From Octopus sinensis (taxonomy: Eukaryota): a DNA stretch of 64,000 nucleotides. A program made the position numbers and the translations under genes. The stretch's first letter is position 1. Each line of letters opens with the position of its first letter. The DNA lies in assembly GCF_006345805.1 (NCBI RefSeq), contig NC_043024.1, positions 15,438,001 through 15,502,000 on the forward strand, read 5' to 3'. The notes under the pieces are model-generated. The model made no database searches and had not been told where the DNA came from. It saw nothing but the letters and a program-made list of their open reading frames with translations. This document shows, piece after piece, positions 11,886-24,029 of the stretch.

Positions 11886-12563
11886 CACTATTTTGTCCAG
11901 CAAATTGAGAGCAGAAAATACCCACAGGCCCACTAATAATATCTGCACCACATAACAAGCTTCTCTACAATACACAGACTACACACAAGACTACATGATC
12001 AATAGTCAATATTTCTTCTGGAGATAATCAATAATCAATACTGGTTATTTTTTTCCCAAGATTTCAAACTGTTCTTTTGTTAACCCCACAGTGTCTATTG
12101 TGAATAATTCTGAACTCTTCAAATGCTAGTCTTTTGAGAAAGAAAACAATAAGGTTGGAAGCTTGGGCAAGCTCTTAAGAATTCTTTATGGCTGTACAAC
12201 ATTATTGGATGCAAAGGAATTATCATAATAATGATGGTGGTTGTAAGATTGTTGACGTTTCAATGAGTGTGTGTGTGTGTGTGTGTGTGTGTGCACATGA
12301 AAGGATGGATAGATAGATACATCAATAGATAAACACACAGATACACCAACAGATAGATACATCGATCAATAGATAGACAGACAGACATACAGACACTCAT
12401 ACAGACAGACAGATATACAGAAAGACAGAAACATAGAATTACATACAGAGAGATAGATGGATTAAATTCTAACATAGACTGATTTCCACATCTTTTGTAT
12501 TTTAAAGAATTTTATAACTTTAAATATTACAAAAATACAAGTGCACAGCCATATATAGAAATA

Positions 12564-13422
12564 TCTATATATATAAAACTGTAGTTGTGTGAGTGTCTGT
12601 CCCCTTCGATTTAGATTCCTAACTACTCCCAAATTTTGCGGTGCAGTTTAACCAAATTCGGGTATCTTATAGTCGTGATTCATATCGAGCCCGTCTGGGT
12701 ATTAGCGCACGTCTACGATGAGTCTACGATTTTAAAAATAATTTAGCATCATTTTTTATTCCATTTTAATGCATATTTTTTCGTGTGTCGATGGCGGCGG
12801 AGTTGGCGTCCACGCTCACGCCTGCACCTGTGTTGCTTCTCCCCCTTCTTCCCTCCCTCGTGAAGCTGTGGGGAAGGGAGTGTAAGGAAATCAACGTCGT
12901 AATGCGTTGTGAAGGAGACCAGCGTTCTTTTAGAACAACGACTTCATGGCTTGAAGTCGCCAAAACAGAGATCGCTAAAAAAGCTGAAACAGATCCACAA
13001 AAACGGCAATTACCGCCACACAGGGCAGGTTTCCTGTGCAAACAATTTGCACAACCGAATGTTTTAGTTGTTGCATAAATCTTTATATATAAAATTGAAG
13101 TTGTGTGTCTGTCTCCTACGATTTAAATTCCTAACTACTCCCACATTTTGCGGTGCAGTGTAACCAAAACCGGGTATCTTATAGTCGTGATTCATATCGA
13201 GCCCTTCTGGGTATTAGCGCGCGTCTACGATGAGTCTACGATTAAAAAGGGAAGTAACTCTCTAAAAATGTCTACATGAGTCAACGATTTAAAAAAGAAA
13301 TTACTATCATTTTTTATTCCATCTTTAATGCATTTTTTGCTATTTTTTTGCTATAACTCACTAAAAATGCTTATATAGTTATTTCCCTTACAAACCCGAG
13401 CAACGCCGGGCGATACTGCTAG
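12564..13422 (+). mobile_element. Non-autonomous Helitron with duplicated 5' module
   Basis: A|TC start at 12564, second TC-start module at 13080, 3' hairpin CCCGAGCAACGCCGGG (13395-13410), CTAG|T end. Confidence 0.85.
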
Positions 13423-13671
13423 TATATAATATAAACATTTATATATATAATTTGTCAGTGAACAGGTCGCAGTTTAAATTAAATTTAAATGTTGAAGTGA
13501 ATCTAACGGTTTTTGTGTGTTTTAAATGGCTTATAAACACCTTTCATGCTGAAATTGCTTTTGTCTCAGATCAAGTCACTTGCTATGCAAGTTCATCTCT
13601 GTAACATTTATATATATATATATATATATTATACCCACACAAACACACATACATGTACATGTGTTTATATA

Positions 13672-13808
13672 TATAGATCAAAACAGATTGATTCAAACTC
13701 CTTGGTACTCCAAGTTTCAAGCGTGATGCTAATCCTCAGTTGAGGACTAGCATCACACTTGAAACTCAGAGTACCAAGAAGTTTTGAATAAAACTGTTTT
13801 GATCTATA
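13672..13808. repeat. 137-bp imperfect palindrome (MITE-like hairpin)
   Basis: tatagatcaaaacag...gtgatgctaatcctca|gt|tgaggactagcatcac...ctgttttgatctata. Confidence 0.9.
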
Positions 13809-13899
13809 CATGTAACTCCCAATAAATGTGTAGGGTGCTATACTTTTGTTTGTCTACTCACTTATACACACACACATCCTTGGTCTGAAGAGTAGCCTG

Positions 13900-14280
13900 T
13901 GATTTACGCCTCACTTCAATATTTACCAGTTCCAACCATTCCACTCATGTTTGTTTGTTTCTTTGTTTGTCTGTGGACAAGATATCTCAAGAACCGCTGG
14001 ATGGATTCAGATGAAACTTTCAGGGATGTTTGTCCTTGTAACTGGCACAAACTGATTAGATTTTGGGATCGGTCAGGAACCGGTCAAGGATTCTAGGTTA
14101 TTTTTCCTGTTTATTTTTACTTAATTTTTGAGAATGGTCAGGTTCATTTTTAGTATTCTCATTTGCGAGAGTAGTTGAGTTTATTTCAGATATTCTCATT
14201 TTAAAAATCATCTCTGGATAATGATTGAGAGGACATTGGTGTTGCCTTGGCGGAGGTTTGCACTCTCTGAATGCTCTTGT
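13900..14280 (+). mobile_element. Helentron-associated (HINE/DINE-1-like) element
   Basis: GTTT repeat, core gatatctcaagaaccgctggatggattcagatgaaactttcag, 3' end ccttggcggaggtttgcactctctgaatgctcttgtt. Family assignment by recognition only. Confidence 0.55.
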
Positions 14281-14786
14281 TATTATTATTATCATTATTA
14301 TTATTATTATTAAGATGGCGAGTTGGCAGAATCAGTAGCACACTGGACAAAATACTTAGTGGTTGTCCAACTTTACATTCTGAGTTCAAATTCCGCTAAG
14401 GTCCCAAGTTTAACGCAAAATTTCATGTTGGCTTTTTGTTCTTGTCCATGACAAAATCACAGACGACAGCATACATGTGATTACAAAAAACACAAATTTC
14501 ACAAGTTATGAAGTAAACACAGCGATGTCACTCAGAACACTGCCCCACGAAGGTCACTATTAGCTGTCACTACACATGCAACCTTGTACTGCCATCTGTT
14601 GGCATGCTACAGAGCTATTCCAGGAACTTTTTGATACCACTTTGTATATTTTTATATTTTGTTTTTAATATATGTTTACCCCAACATGCCGAGTTAATTG
14701 TTATGTATGTGATACTCTGTGTAGCATAGGATAAATGTATTAATGCTGTGTGTGTGTATAAATACACACATACATACATACATATA

Positions 14787-14862
<76 letters not shown>

Positions 14863-16223
14863 TTTAATAAACATAATATATGATTACTCTTTTGATTACA
14901 TTTTCGTTTACCAGTTTTTTAACCTCCCACTTTTTATATGTTCTTCCTCCTCACCTTTTCTCACTTTTACTCTGGCTCCATTTTTAGTTCATGTGGGTAG
15001 TGTCTGATGATTGTGCCAGGACACCAGACATATTATAAAACAATGTTTGGCATGTTCTCAGTACATGAAACTAATAGTAACATATAAAAACATATATTGT
15101 GTTTATTAAATGATATTTATCTCTCACCAGATGGAGTACTTTTTTTGTTGATCTTACCATCATGAAACAGTACATATATATATATATAATGAGTTTCTTT
15201 CAGTGTTCTTCTATCAAATCCACTCACAAGGATTTGGTTGGCCCAGGGCTAAACTGGAAGACACTTGTGCAATATGCCTGCTGCACAGTAGGACTGAACT
15301 CAAAATGTCATGTTTGGAAAGCAAGCTTATTAACCACACAGACATGTCAATATCTGAGTAATAATCATATGCAGAAAATATAAAGTTCTCGATTCAGTAC
15401 CTCGCAAGAAATATGGTAAGAAAAAAACATTTGAAAAATTTCTAAAAGTTTCCAAAATGTCAGATTGATATTTGGACATCATAAATTCAATATTTTATTA
15501 TTTTTCAAAAAAAAAAAAGAAATATTTATTTAAATATTTATTGTTATTTGGTTTAAAATTATTTGAAATTATAAAATTCATAAAACCATGATGATTAGCA
15601 TGAATGAAATGAAAATCTAAGTCGGTTGAATGGTTGATTCCATTGTCAAAAATTCTGGTAAAATAAAGAAATAAAAACAAAACCTATTTAAATTTTTGTT
15701 GATGTCTTTTTGTTGGGTTTTTACCATTTTTGTTTATTTAATCTCAACCAATTCCTGATGTTGATTGTTTTTCTTTTCTTTTCAAAAAAAAAAGAAGAGA
15801 GAAAATCTCAGATTCTATCAATATAAAATTTTTCAAATGAAAAGAATTCAACTAAACAAAATAAAAATATAGAAACAAATGAATGGTAAAACTTTGCCTC
15901 CTCCCTCCTCCTAAAAGAAAAAAAGAACTTTAATCGAAAAAATCTTTAATCAAAAAAATCTTTAATCAACATTTCCATCTTCCATGAAAATATAACTGGA
16001 GACGTATGCAGAAATGAATGAAAGAGGATGTGTGCAAATTTGTGTATTGAGACACACATACCTACATCTATCTATCAATGACCTATCGGTTTATATATAT
16101 ATTTAAAATTCTGTAAATAGTTTCATTTTTAAAGCTGTGGCCATGTTGGGGCACCACACCCACATATACTTGCATACATATATACATACATATACAGATA
16201 TACATATTCACATTATATACACG

Positions 16224-16256
<33 letters not shown>

Positions 16257-16544
16257 CACACATGCATATATATATACACACACACACATATATACACACA
16301 CACACACACATATATATACACACACACACGCATATGCATATATATATATATATAGTATATATATGGAAAGGAAGTTCTCTGACAATTGACATGATCATTT
16401 TGGGGGTACTTTTTCAATACTTGTGGTAAAATAAACATCTTTTACATTCTAATGTTATTTTGTGTGAGTCTGTGGGGTGGGAGGTTCTTTTCAGAGTACT
16501 TCATATCACAGTGGTTAAATTCATATCGATTCTACTCTTTTAAA

Positions 16545-17040
16545 TTGAGTTTAAATGAGACCCATAGAAAACATTGCATGCTGTGTGAATTCAAAAGAAG
16601 CTCTTTGCCAATGGATGCAGCAAGAAATATTCATTCATTCTGTGTATGGAAATGAAAGTCCAGACATGTTAACAATTCTTTGCCAAATTTTTTATTGGGA
16701 ACCTTTTTTTCCCTCATAGGTTCCCTTCAATGTAATGGACTGAATTTTTATCATTTGTGAGTTTTCAGAAACCACAAGTGAAGAAATACAAAGTAAACTG
16801 CACAAGAATGAACAAAACAGTTCAGTTTGGGATGCAGTTTGATCTTGAAACACTTTCATGAACTGGGAAAAGCGTCTCCACTTGGTCAATGGTTGGTCCC
16901 ACATCTTTTGACTGCTTCTCAGATTAATCAAAGAGCTGCCCTCTCCTTATCAATGAAGAGTAAACTGCTGCTGAATCTTTCCTGGATAGAATCATTACAA
17001 GAGAGGAAAAGCAGGCTCACTATAATCATATCTAGTTTAA
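16545..17040 (+). mobile_element. Mariner transposase N-terminal remnant
   Basis: HRKHCMLCEFKRSS..DAARNIHS, HFHELGKAS-LGQW-VPHLLT (WVPHEL-like), AESFLDRIITREEK (TGDEK-like). Confidence 0.75.
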
Positions 17041-17239
17041 AGAACCACGGACTGCACGTGATGCAGCAGGTGTGGCTGTGTGGTAAGAAGCTTGCTTCTC
17101 AACCACATGGTTTCAGGTTCAGTCCTGCTGCACAGTACTTCGGGCAATTGTCTTCTACTATACCCTCAGACTGCTCCAAGCTTTGTGACTGGATTTGGTA
17201 GACAGAAATTTAAAGAAGCCCATCATATATATCAACATC

Positions 17240-17470
17240 ATCATCATTTAATGTCTGCTTTCCATGGTGGCATTGGTTAGACGATTTGACTGGAACTGGT
17301 AAGCCCCAAAGCTGCACCAGACTCCAATCTGATTTGGTTTGGTTTCTACAGCTGGATGCCTGTCCTAATGCCAACCACGCCATAGTGTGTATTGGGTCCC
17401 TTTTATGTGTCACTGACACGGGTGCCTTTCACATGTCACTAGTATGAATGCCCTTCACATATTACCGGTA
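17240..17470 (-). mobile_element. RTE-type LINE 3' UTR fragment
   Basis: Reverse complement of the ggcatccagctgtagaaac...gacattaaatgatgatg tail family, linked to an RTE ORF2 end at 62400. Confidence 0.65.
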
Positions 17471-17736
17471 CAGGCCACAACTACGATTTTACTTCACTCA
17501 CAAAGTATTGGTCAGTCTGGAGCTATAAAAGAAGACACTTGCCCAAGGTGCACCACAGTGAGACTGAACCAGAAACCACTCGGTTCTCACAAATCAAGGT
17601 TCTTAACCACACACACATGTGGACGTGCAGAACTGCAGGTGGACAAACTAGGGAAAATCTATAGAAAGTCTTAACTATAATGATATTAATAAAGGAACAA
17701 TCAAATTCAAATATGTTCATGATTATAGTCATGATA

Positions 17737-17787
<51 letters not shown>

Positions 17788-18214
17788 CATACATTTGCCA
17801 GGATAGATCGCTAGCCCAGTTCCAGTCAAACCATTTTACCTATGTCAGCATGGAAAGTGGATGCTAAATGATGATGAGGATGGTTGTATATGAACACATG
17901 CATATACAGACACATATACATATACACACATATATACTCATACAAAAACATACACACACACACACACATGATGGGCTTTTTCAGTTTCCATCTAAGGCCA
18001 CCAAAAAATAATATTTGGCCAAGATGTCACGAAGTGGGGTTGAACCTAATATCATGTGGCTGTAAAGTGAACTTGTTTACCATCAAGCTATAGAGTGCAT
18101 ATGGTAATTTATGCAAATGCTCCTGCTTTGCAGTTGCTATCGGAGACGGCAGGAACCAGTGATTGGCTGGATGAAAATCTCCAGCCTATGATGTTACTAG
18201 CCATAAAAATGTGT

Positions 18215-18780
18215 TGTATGAATTCATCATCATCATCAAGATAATCATCATCATGATTCTTAATCATCATCATTCATAAATCATCGCAGTCATTATCATC
18301 ATCATTCATAACCTTCACTACCATCATCACCAAGGTATCTTCATCATGACTCATAACCATCATTATAATCATCATCATTTATCATAAACATCATCATCAT
18401 CTTCATTCATATCCATCATAACCATCATTATTTATAACCATCGTTATCATCATTTTCATTCATCAAAATTATCACCACCATCATCATCATCATCATCAAT
18501 CATAAACGTTATGATAATCATCAAGATCATGATGGTCATTAATCCACACAACCATCATCATTCTCACCTAGGTCATCATCATCATCATCACCACCATCTT
18601 CATCAACATCATCATTGTCATAACTATCATCATTTTCATCACCACCACCATCACCATCAGCATCATTAACATTATCATCACCACCACTACCACCACCGCC
18701 ATCACCATCATCAACATCATCATCACCACTACTACTGCCATCACCACCATCACCATAGAAACCATTATTGTTACCAATAC
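18215..18780. repeat. (ATC)n/(ACC)n degenerate microsatellite
   Basis: Visible directly; source of poly-D/M/V ORFs. Confidence 0.9.
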
Positions 18781-18901
18781 TGAGGCTGCAAACTGGCAGA
18801 ATCACAAGAGCTTTGGGATAAATGCTTGCAATGTATGATCCAAATCCTGACCTGAAGAGTTCAAATCCTGCCAAGGTTACCCTCATCATCGTCAACATCC
18901 T

Positions 18902-18945
<44 letters not shown>

Positions 18946-19324
18946 TACAGTATAAAAAACTCATTTTTTTTCTTTTGCTTTAGTAAACATCTTTCACTGT
19001 AAAAATATATTTTCACCTGAAATTAATTAATTAGTTTTAAATTTAACGATGAAAATGTTTAAAAAAGTTTACTTACTAATTTTGAAATTTTTGAATTCTG
19101 TTTTGGAAGGTGCATCAGTAATATCCTCGAAATTAATAATAAACATGATAATATCTCCATGTTCGTTCTTAACTGGTGCCACCAGTATGCTAGCCAAGAA
19201 CTTACTACCTGAAAGAACAAAAAAAACAGAAACAAACATAAATATATGTGAAGGAATTAATAAATAAATAAATAATTAAATTTATATATAAAAGATAAGT
19301 AAATGAGATGACAAGGGAAAAAAT

Positions 19325-19405
19325 GGGTTACAGCTGTTTCTGCTATAAGATGCAGTGCACTCATGGTTGAGTGTCTGAGTAACACCTTATAGCTTCATCA
19401 GAGCC
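19325..19405 (-). ncRNA. Near-intact type-I hammerhead ribozyme (family C)
   Basis: Minus: GGCT-CTGATGA-A-GCTATAAG..33 nt..CTTATAGC-A-GAAA-CAGCTG-T-A-ACCC. Full core, 8-bp helix II, palindromic ACAGCTGT helix III, GUA site; one mismatch in helix I. Confidence 0.7.
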
Positions 19406-19420
19406 TTGTGTATGTGTGTG

Positions 19421-19472
<52 letters not shown>

Positions 19473-19529
19473 GTGTGTGTGTGTGTGTGTATGTGTGTGT
19501 ATATATATATATATATAAATATATAGGGA

Positions 19530-19690
19530 GAGTTTACGAAAAAACCAAAAGACAAAGACAGGTGGTGTACAAAACAAACAGATGTATTAGTATAACGCTG
19601 AGGAATAGAAAAAAGTCTTTTACGTTTTGAGCCTACGCTCTTCTACAGAAAGGGACACAGAAAAAACAAGAAAAGAAACAAGGAGAAAAC
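19530..19690 (-). mobile_element. Short repeat carrying a degenerate hammerhead (19617-19652)
   Basis: Minus: CTTT-CTGTAGA-A-GAGC gtag GCTC-AAA-ACGT-A-AAAG; architecture shared with 20887-21095. Confidence 0.6.
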
Positions 19691-19715
19691 ACATATATAT
19701 ATATATATATATAAA

Positions 19716-19890
19716 TGGTAAGACAACAAAAGAATGAAAGAGACCTCGATATTATGTAAATAGAAGAATTTATCTGTAAATGTAATATGTGACAATTATT
19801 CAGTAGCCATGATAAAACTCCAAGTTTCAGATGTCGGGGCAGAAACTCGCCAGCATCTCAGTTATCGGGCCATCAAAAAAAATGCTATGA
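19716..19890 (-). mobile_element. Family B repeat with degenerate hammerhead (19811-19866)
   Basis: Matches 9176-9300 and 9430-9510. Minus: GATAA-CTGAGA...CATC-T-GAAA-CTTGGAG-T-T-TTATC. Confidence 0.7.
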
Positions 19891-19905
19891 TATATATATA
19901 TATGC

Positions 19906-19938
<33 letters not shown>

Positions 19939-19954
19939 CACACATGCATTTATA

Positions 19955-20832
19955 CTAGGTCTGGGCGGTTGCCATAGTAATGAAACTAAATCACGCAAAG
20001 TGAAGCCGTATGGTAAAGATTCACTTTGACCTCTGCTGTGCATGCACACCAAGTTTTAATGTTCTAGCTCGCTTCCCGTTTACAGTAGTGCTTGGAAGTA
20101 ATGTGTATAATGTGTGATTGTCACACTGATCATGGCAGAGAAAGTTGTCAAGGCAATCTTGTTCAGAGGCCTACATGAAGTTGCAGAAAGTGCATGGAGG
20201 GGAGTGTATGAGTTGCACTCAAGTGTACAAGTGGTTCAGACGTTTCCAAGAAAACTGAAAAAATGTTGATATTGCCAAACATTCTGGGAGACCCGCAACC
20301 AGCAGAACTGAGAAAAACATCACAGATGTACATGCAGCAGTGAGTGGAAATTCTCGAATCATCATCCATGAGTTATCAGAGGATGTGCAGATTAGTTACG
20401 GTTCAGTTCAGTCCATCATCACTGAAGATTTGGGTATGAGACGCATGTCCACCAAGTTTGTGGCAAAACTGCTTTCAGCTGACCAAAAAGACATTCGGTT
20501 TCAGTTGCACAAGATCTCCTTGATTGTGTCGAGAACGATGAAAACTTTTTGAAAACTTTGTTTAGGCCTCTGAGCAGGCATCACCAAGATTTTGTCAAAA
20601 TTTGATGCAGATTCTCTCCTCAGCTCTCTCTATCATGGTTAATGCGACAATCAAATGTTACACATGTAACTTCTAAATACTGCTGTAAACAGCGGAAGTG
20701 GGCTACAATGCTAAAAAACTTATTGCACATGCACAGCAGAGTTCAAGGTCAATCTGCGCCAAGTGGCTTCACTCTGCATGCTTTAGCTTTGTTATTATGG
20801 CAACAGTCCAGATACTTATCAATCAGATCACA
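19955..20832 (+). mobile_element. Internally deleted mariner with about 100-bp TIRs
   Basis: 19968-20050 is the reverse complement of 20723-20805. HTH-region peptide IIIHELSEDVQISYGSVQSIITEDLGMRRMSTKFVAKLL. Confidence 0.8.
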
Positions 20833-20886
20833 TATTCATAAATATACATATACAGGCATATATATATATATATATAGCTTAATCCA

Positions 20887-21095
20887 AACATGAAAACACA
20901 AAGAGATAACACAACAACGCGAGGACGTGGAACAAATATAGTATTATTGGACGCTCAGGAAGGAAGGGAAGAAGGAGGGTTTTACGTTTCGAGCGGAGCT
21001 CTTCGTCAGAAACATAGGAAAAGGAAAGATCCAAAGAAGGAAAGACGGAGGAAAAAAATCGCCAACGGTACACACGCGGTCACATTTTGAATGTA
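20887..21095 (-). mobile_element. Short pLTR-like repeat carrying an intact hammerhead
   Basis: Pyrimidine-rich on the minus strand around the ribozyme; shares tatt...acgctcaggaa with 19530-19690. Confidence 0.6.
20979..21013 (-). ncRNA. Intact minimal type-I hammerhead ribozyme
   Basis: Minus: GTTT-CTGACGA-A-GAGC tcc GCTC-GAAA-CGT-A-AAAC. All core residues present, loopless palindromic helix III ACGT, GUA cleavage triplet. Confidence 0.85.
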
Positions 21096-21096
21096 T

Positions 21097-21549
21097 GCAG
21101 CCCCAAACTTCTGCTCTTTCATTCATTCATTCATCTAACAGATAAGTTGAATGCTTATTTATTATTTCACTTCCCCATCAATCATACATGCTTTCTTATC
21201 TATCTAACTATTTTTAACTAATTTCTATATCTATCTAATATTTTAACTAATTTATCCATTACCCATCTCGCCTCTCGTGTATTCATCAACCATCGTGTAT
21301 TCGCGCCTTCTTCCTCCGGACAATCTTTATTTAAAAAAAAAACGCAGCCCCAAACTTCTGCTCTTTCATTCATTCATTCATCTAACAGATAAGTTGAATG
21401 CTTATTTATTATTTCACTTCCCCATCAATCATACATGCTTTCTTATCTATCTAACTATTTTTAACTAATTTCTATATCTAATTATTTTAACTAATTTATC
21501 CATTACCCATCTTGCCTCTCGTGTATTCATCAACCATCGTGTATTCGCG
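21097..21549. repeat. Direct duplication, period 247 bp
   Basis: 21097-21305 is nearly identical to 21344-21549. Confidence 0.92.
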
Positions 21550-21811
21550 GTGCACCCGCCCTGCCCACCCCCACCACCAATACTGGATATCTCTACATTT
21601 TTGCTCCATCCATACCGGATGTCGCTTCTCCCACCACCATAATAGGTGTCTACTCTTCGAACCCCCCTCTTCAATACGCTATTTCACCATGCATTACCCC
21701 TCTCTTGATATCCTACGTTCTACTTGCCTAGAACCTGTCATCATTTCTCTGAACCACCCCTCCCCACTGGTGCTCCCCTATATTTCTGCACCCCCCCCAC
21801 ATAAAAAAAGC

Positions 21812-22045
21812 ACCATCCGAACGTGGCCGATGCCAGACCCCTCTGGCACCTGTGCAGGTGGCACGTAAAAAACACCCACTACACTAGCGGAGTGGTTGGC
21901 GTTAGGAAGGGCATCCAGCTGTAGAAACTCTGCCAGACTAGACTGGAGCCTGGGGCAGTCCCTTGCTCCCCAGACCCCGGTCAAAACCGTCCAACCCGTG
22001 CTAGCGCGGAAAACGGACGTTAAACGATGATGATGATGATGATGA
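21812..22045 (+). mobile_element. RTE-type LINE 3' UTR fragment with (GAT)n tail
   Basis: ggagtggttggcgttaggaagggcatccagctgtagaaac...ggacgttaaacgatgatgatg. Confidence 0.75.
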
Positions 22046-22479
22046 CACACACATGCATATACATCATAAATATAAACAGATGTGCATATATATATACATA
22101 TCGATCATACATTGCCATCATTTACGTCTAACAATTTAATGCATTTGTAACATTCCCAGTATTTTTCATCCATGTGTGTGTGTGTGTGTGTGTATGTGTA
22201 TATGTATATATGACTGTGTGTGTGTGTGTCAAAGGTTAGCCTACACGTTGTTAAATTTCCTTTAGAAATTCTCCCTGAGGATATACACAATTTACTGTTT
22301 TCTTATATGGATTTTATTTCTGAAATTAAAGAACTGTGTATGGAAAAAGCTGTAGGTAAGAATTTCTATGAATAATTTCAATGTCTTTAGATAAAAACAT
22401 CTGTAAGTAAATTTTTCCATTTTCTGATTTGGTCCTGAACACTAGTGTAACGCATCTAAGGTATTTGCTATCTGTTTCA

Positions 22480-22963
22480 TGGGATACAAATGGTTTAATA
22501 CTCTTTGAACATTTAAACCCAAACCAAACAATAACACAGGAGATCTACTGCAAGCAGCTTAAGTCAGCACTAGAAGAAAAATGACCATCTTTGATTTCAA
22601 GACGAAAGGTATTCTTCCATCAGGATAATGCTTGGCTACATACAGCAAGGATGACATTCCAAAAGTTGGAACAGTTTGAATAGGAAACAATGCCCCACCC
22701 ACCGTATTCACCAGATATTGCCCCATCTGATTATCATTTATTCTGCAGTCTTCAAAATCATTTGGACGGAAAAATTATGAATTCTGAAGACAAGGTCAGA
22801 TCAGTAATGGGGGAGTATTTTTAGTCACAGACAAGTGAATTTTGAAAGGGGCGCCTTGCAAATCTACCAGATAGATGGAAGAGCATTGTAGAAAATGAAG
22901 GAGAGTTTATCTTGAAAAATAAAAGAAGTATAAAATCCACATTATTTGTGGGATGACCCAATA
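22480..22963 (+). mobile_element. Mariner (DD34D) C-terminal remnant with right TIR
   Basis: HQDNAWLHTARMTFQKLEQFE*ETMPHPPYSPDIAPSDYHLF: 34 residues between the second and third D; ends ggatgacccaata. Confidence 0.88.
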
Positions 22964-23100
22964 ATATAATCTAATGTGTCCATGTAACTGACAATCCAGA
23001 AAATCCAAACTATAAATTTATTCATAAGGAGCAAATAAAGCATAAAGTCAGGAGGTGTAAGACATAAAGAGAGATTTATTTTTTCACATGATTTCCATAT

Positions 23101-23135
23101 GGTTACAGCTGTTTCGCAACCTTCTTCATGTAGTA
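23101..23135 (-). ncRNA. Hammerhead remnant (family C-like)
   Basis: Minus: ATGAAGA-A-GGTTGC-GAAA-CAGCTG-T-A-ACC; same helix III and flank as 19325, helix II collapsed. Confidence 0.4.
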
Positions 23136-24029
23136 TTAATTTTAGGATGCAAAATTTATACGTACATGTGTGCATGATTATATAAGCTCAGCATTATCCA
23201 GTAAAATTGTATATTCACTATTTAATGTGAATAAAGAAAGTTAACTCATTAGATCATGGGAACATCATGGTACACACATACGTATTATATATATATATAA
23301 ATATATATATAGATATATATATATACATATATATACATATATATAAGTATGTTTGTGTGTATCTTTGTAAATGCATGTGTGTGTGTGTTTGCACCAGTTT
23401 GTCCCCTACCACTGCTTGACAAATATTGGTGGTGTGTTTGTCCATGTAACCTAGCAGTTCAGTAAAAGAGATCAACAGAGAAAGTACCAGGCTTACTAAA
23501 ATAAGCACTGGGGTTAATTCATTCCACTAAAATTCTTCAAGGTATGGCCATAGTCTAAGGACTGAAACAAATAAAAGACAAAAACCGGTGATGTCATTCA
23601 TGGGAAATATGAGTATGGAGGTTGGGTGGGGGGTTATGGATCCCTTACAAAAATAAGGGTCACAATTTATAAACACATTGAAGTACAACTACTTCTCTTC
23701 AGATGGCTTGGCTATACTGAACATAGACCTAAAATAAACCAGGGGACAAAAGGGTGCTTGGCCCTTTAAACAGTACCTGCACAAATTCCCTATACTTGGA
23801 GATGATTGAGCCAATAACAGGGCCATAATTTGGGTGGCCTTTAATGACACAAAACACAAGCTAATCATGATTAGTAGAACTTCATTAGTTGGTACAATTA
23901 AGCTAAACATGACCTGGGCTAATTTTGGCTAAAACGTATATCACTTCACTAATGCACATGTAGATAAATACACACACACATGTATATATATGGACATTAT
24001 ATATATATATATGTATACAGTACATAGAC

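Noticed and set aside
14587-14604. CTCF-like motif (reverse complement TGCCAACAGATGGCAGTA)
   Set aside because: A single short motif match in 64 kb, also common in transposon subtermini; unsupported without ChIP or conservation data.
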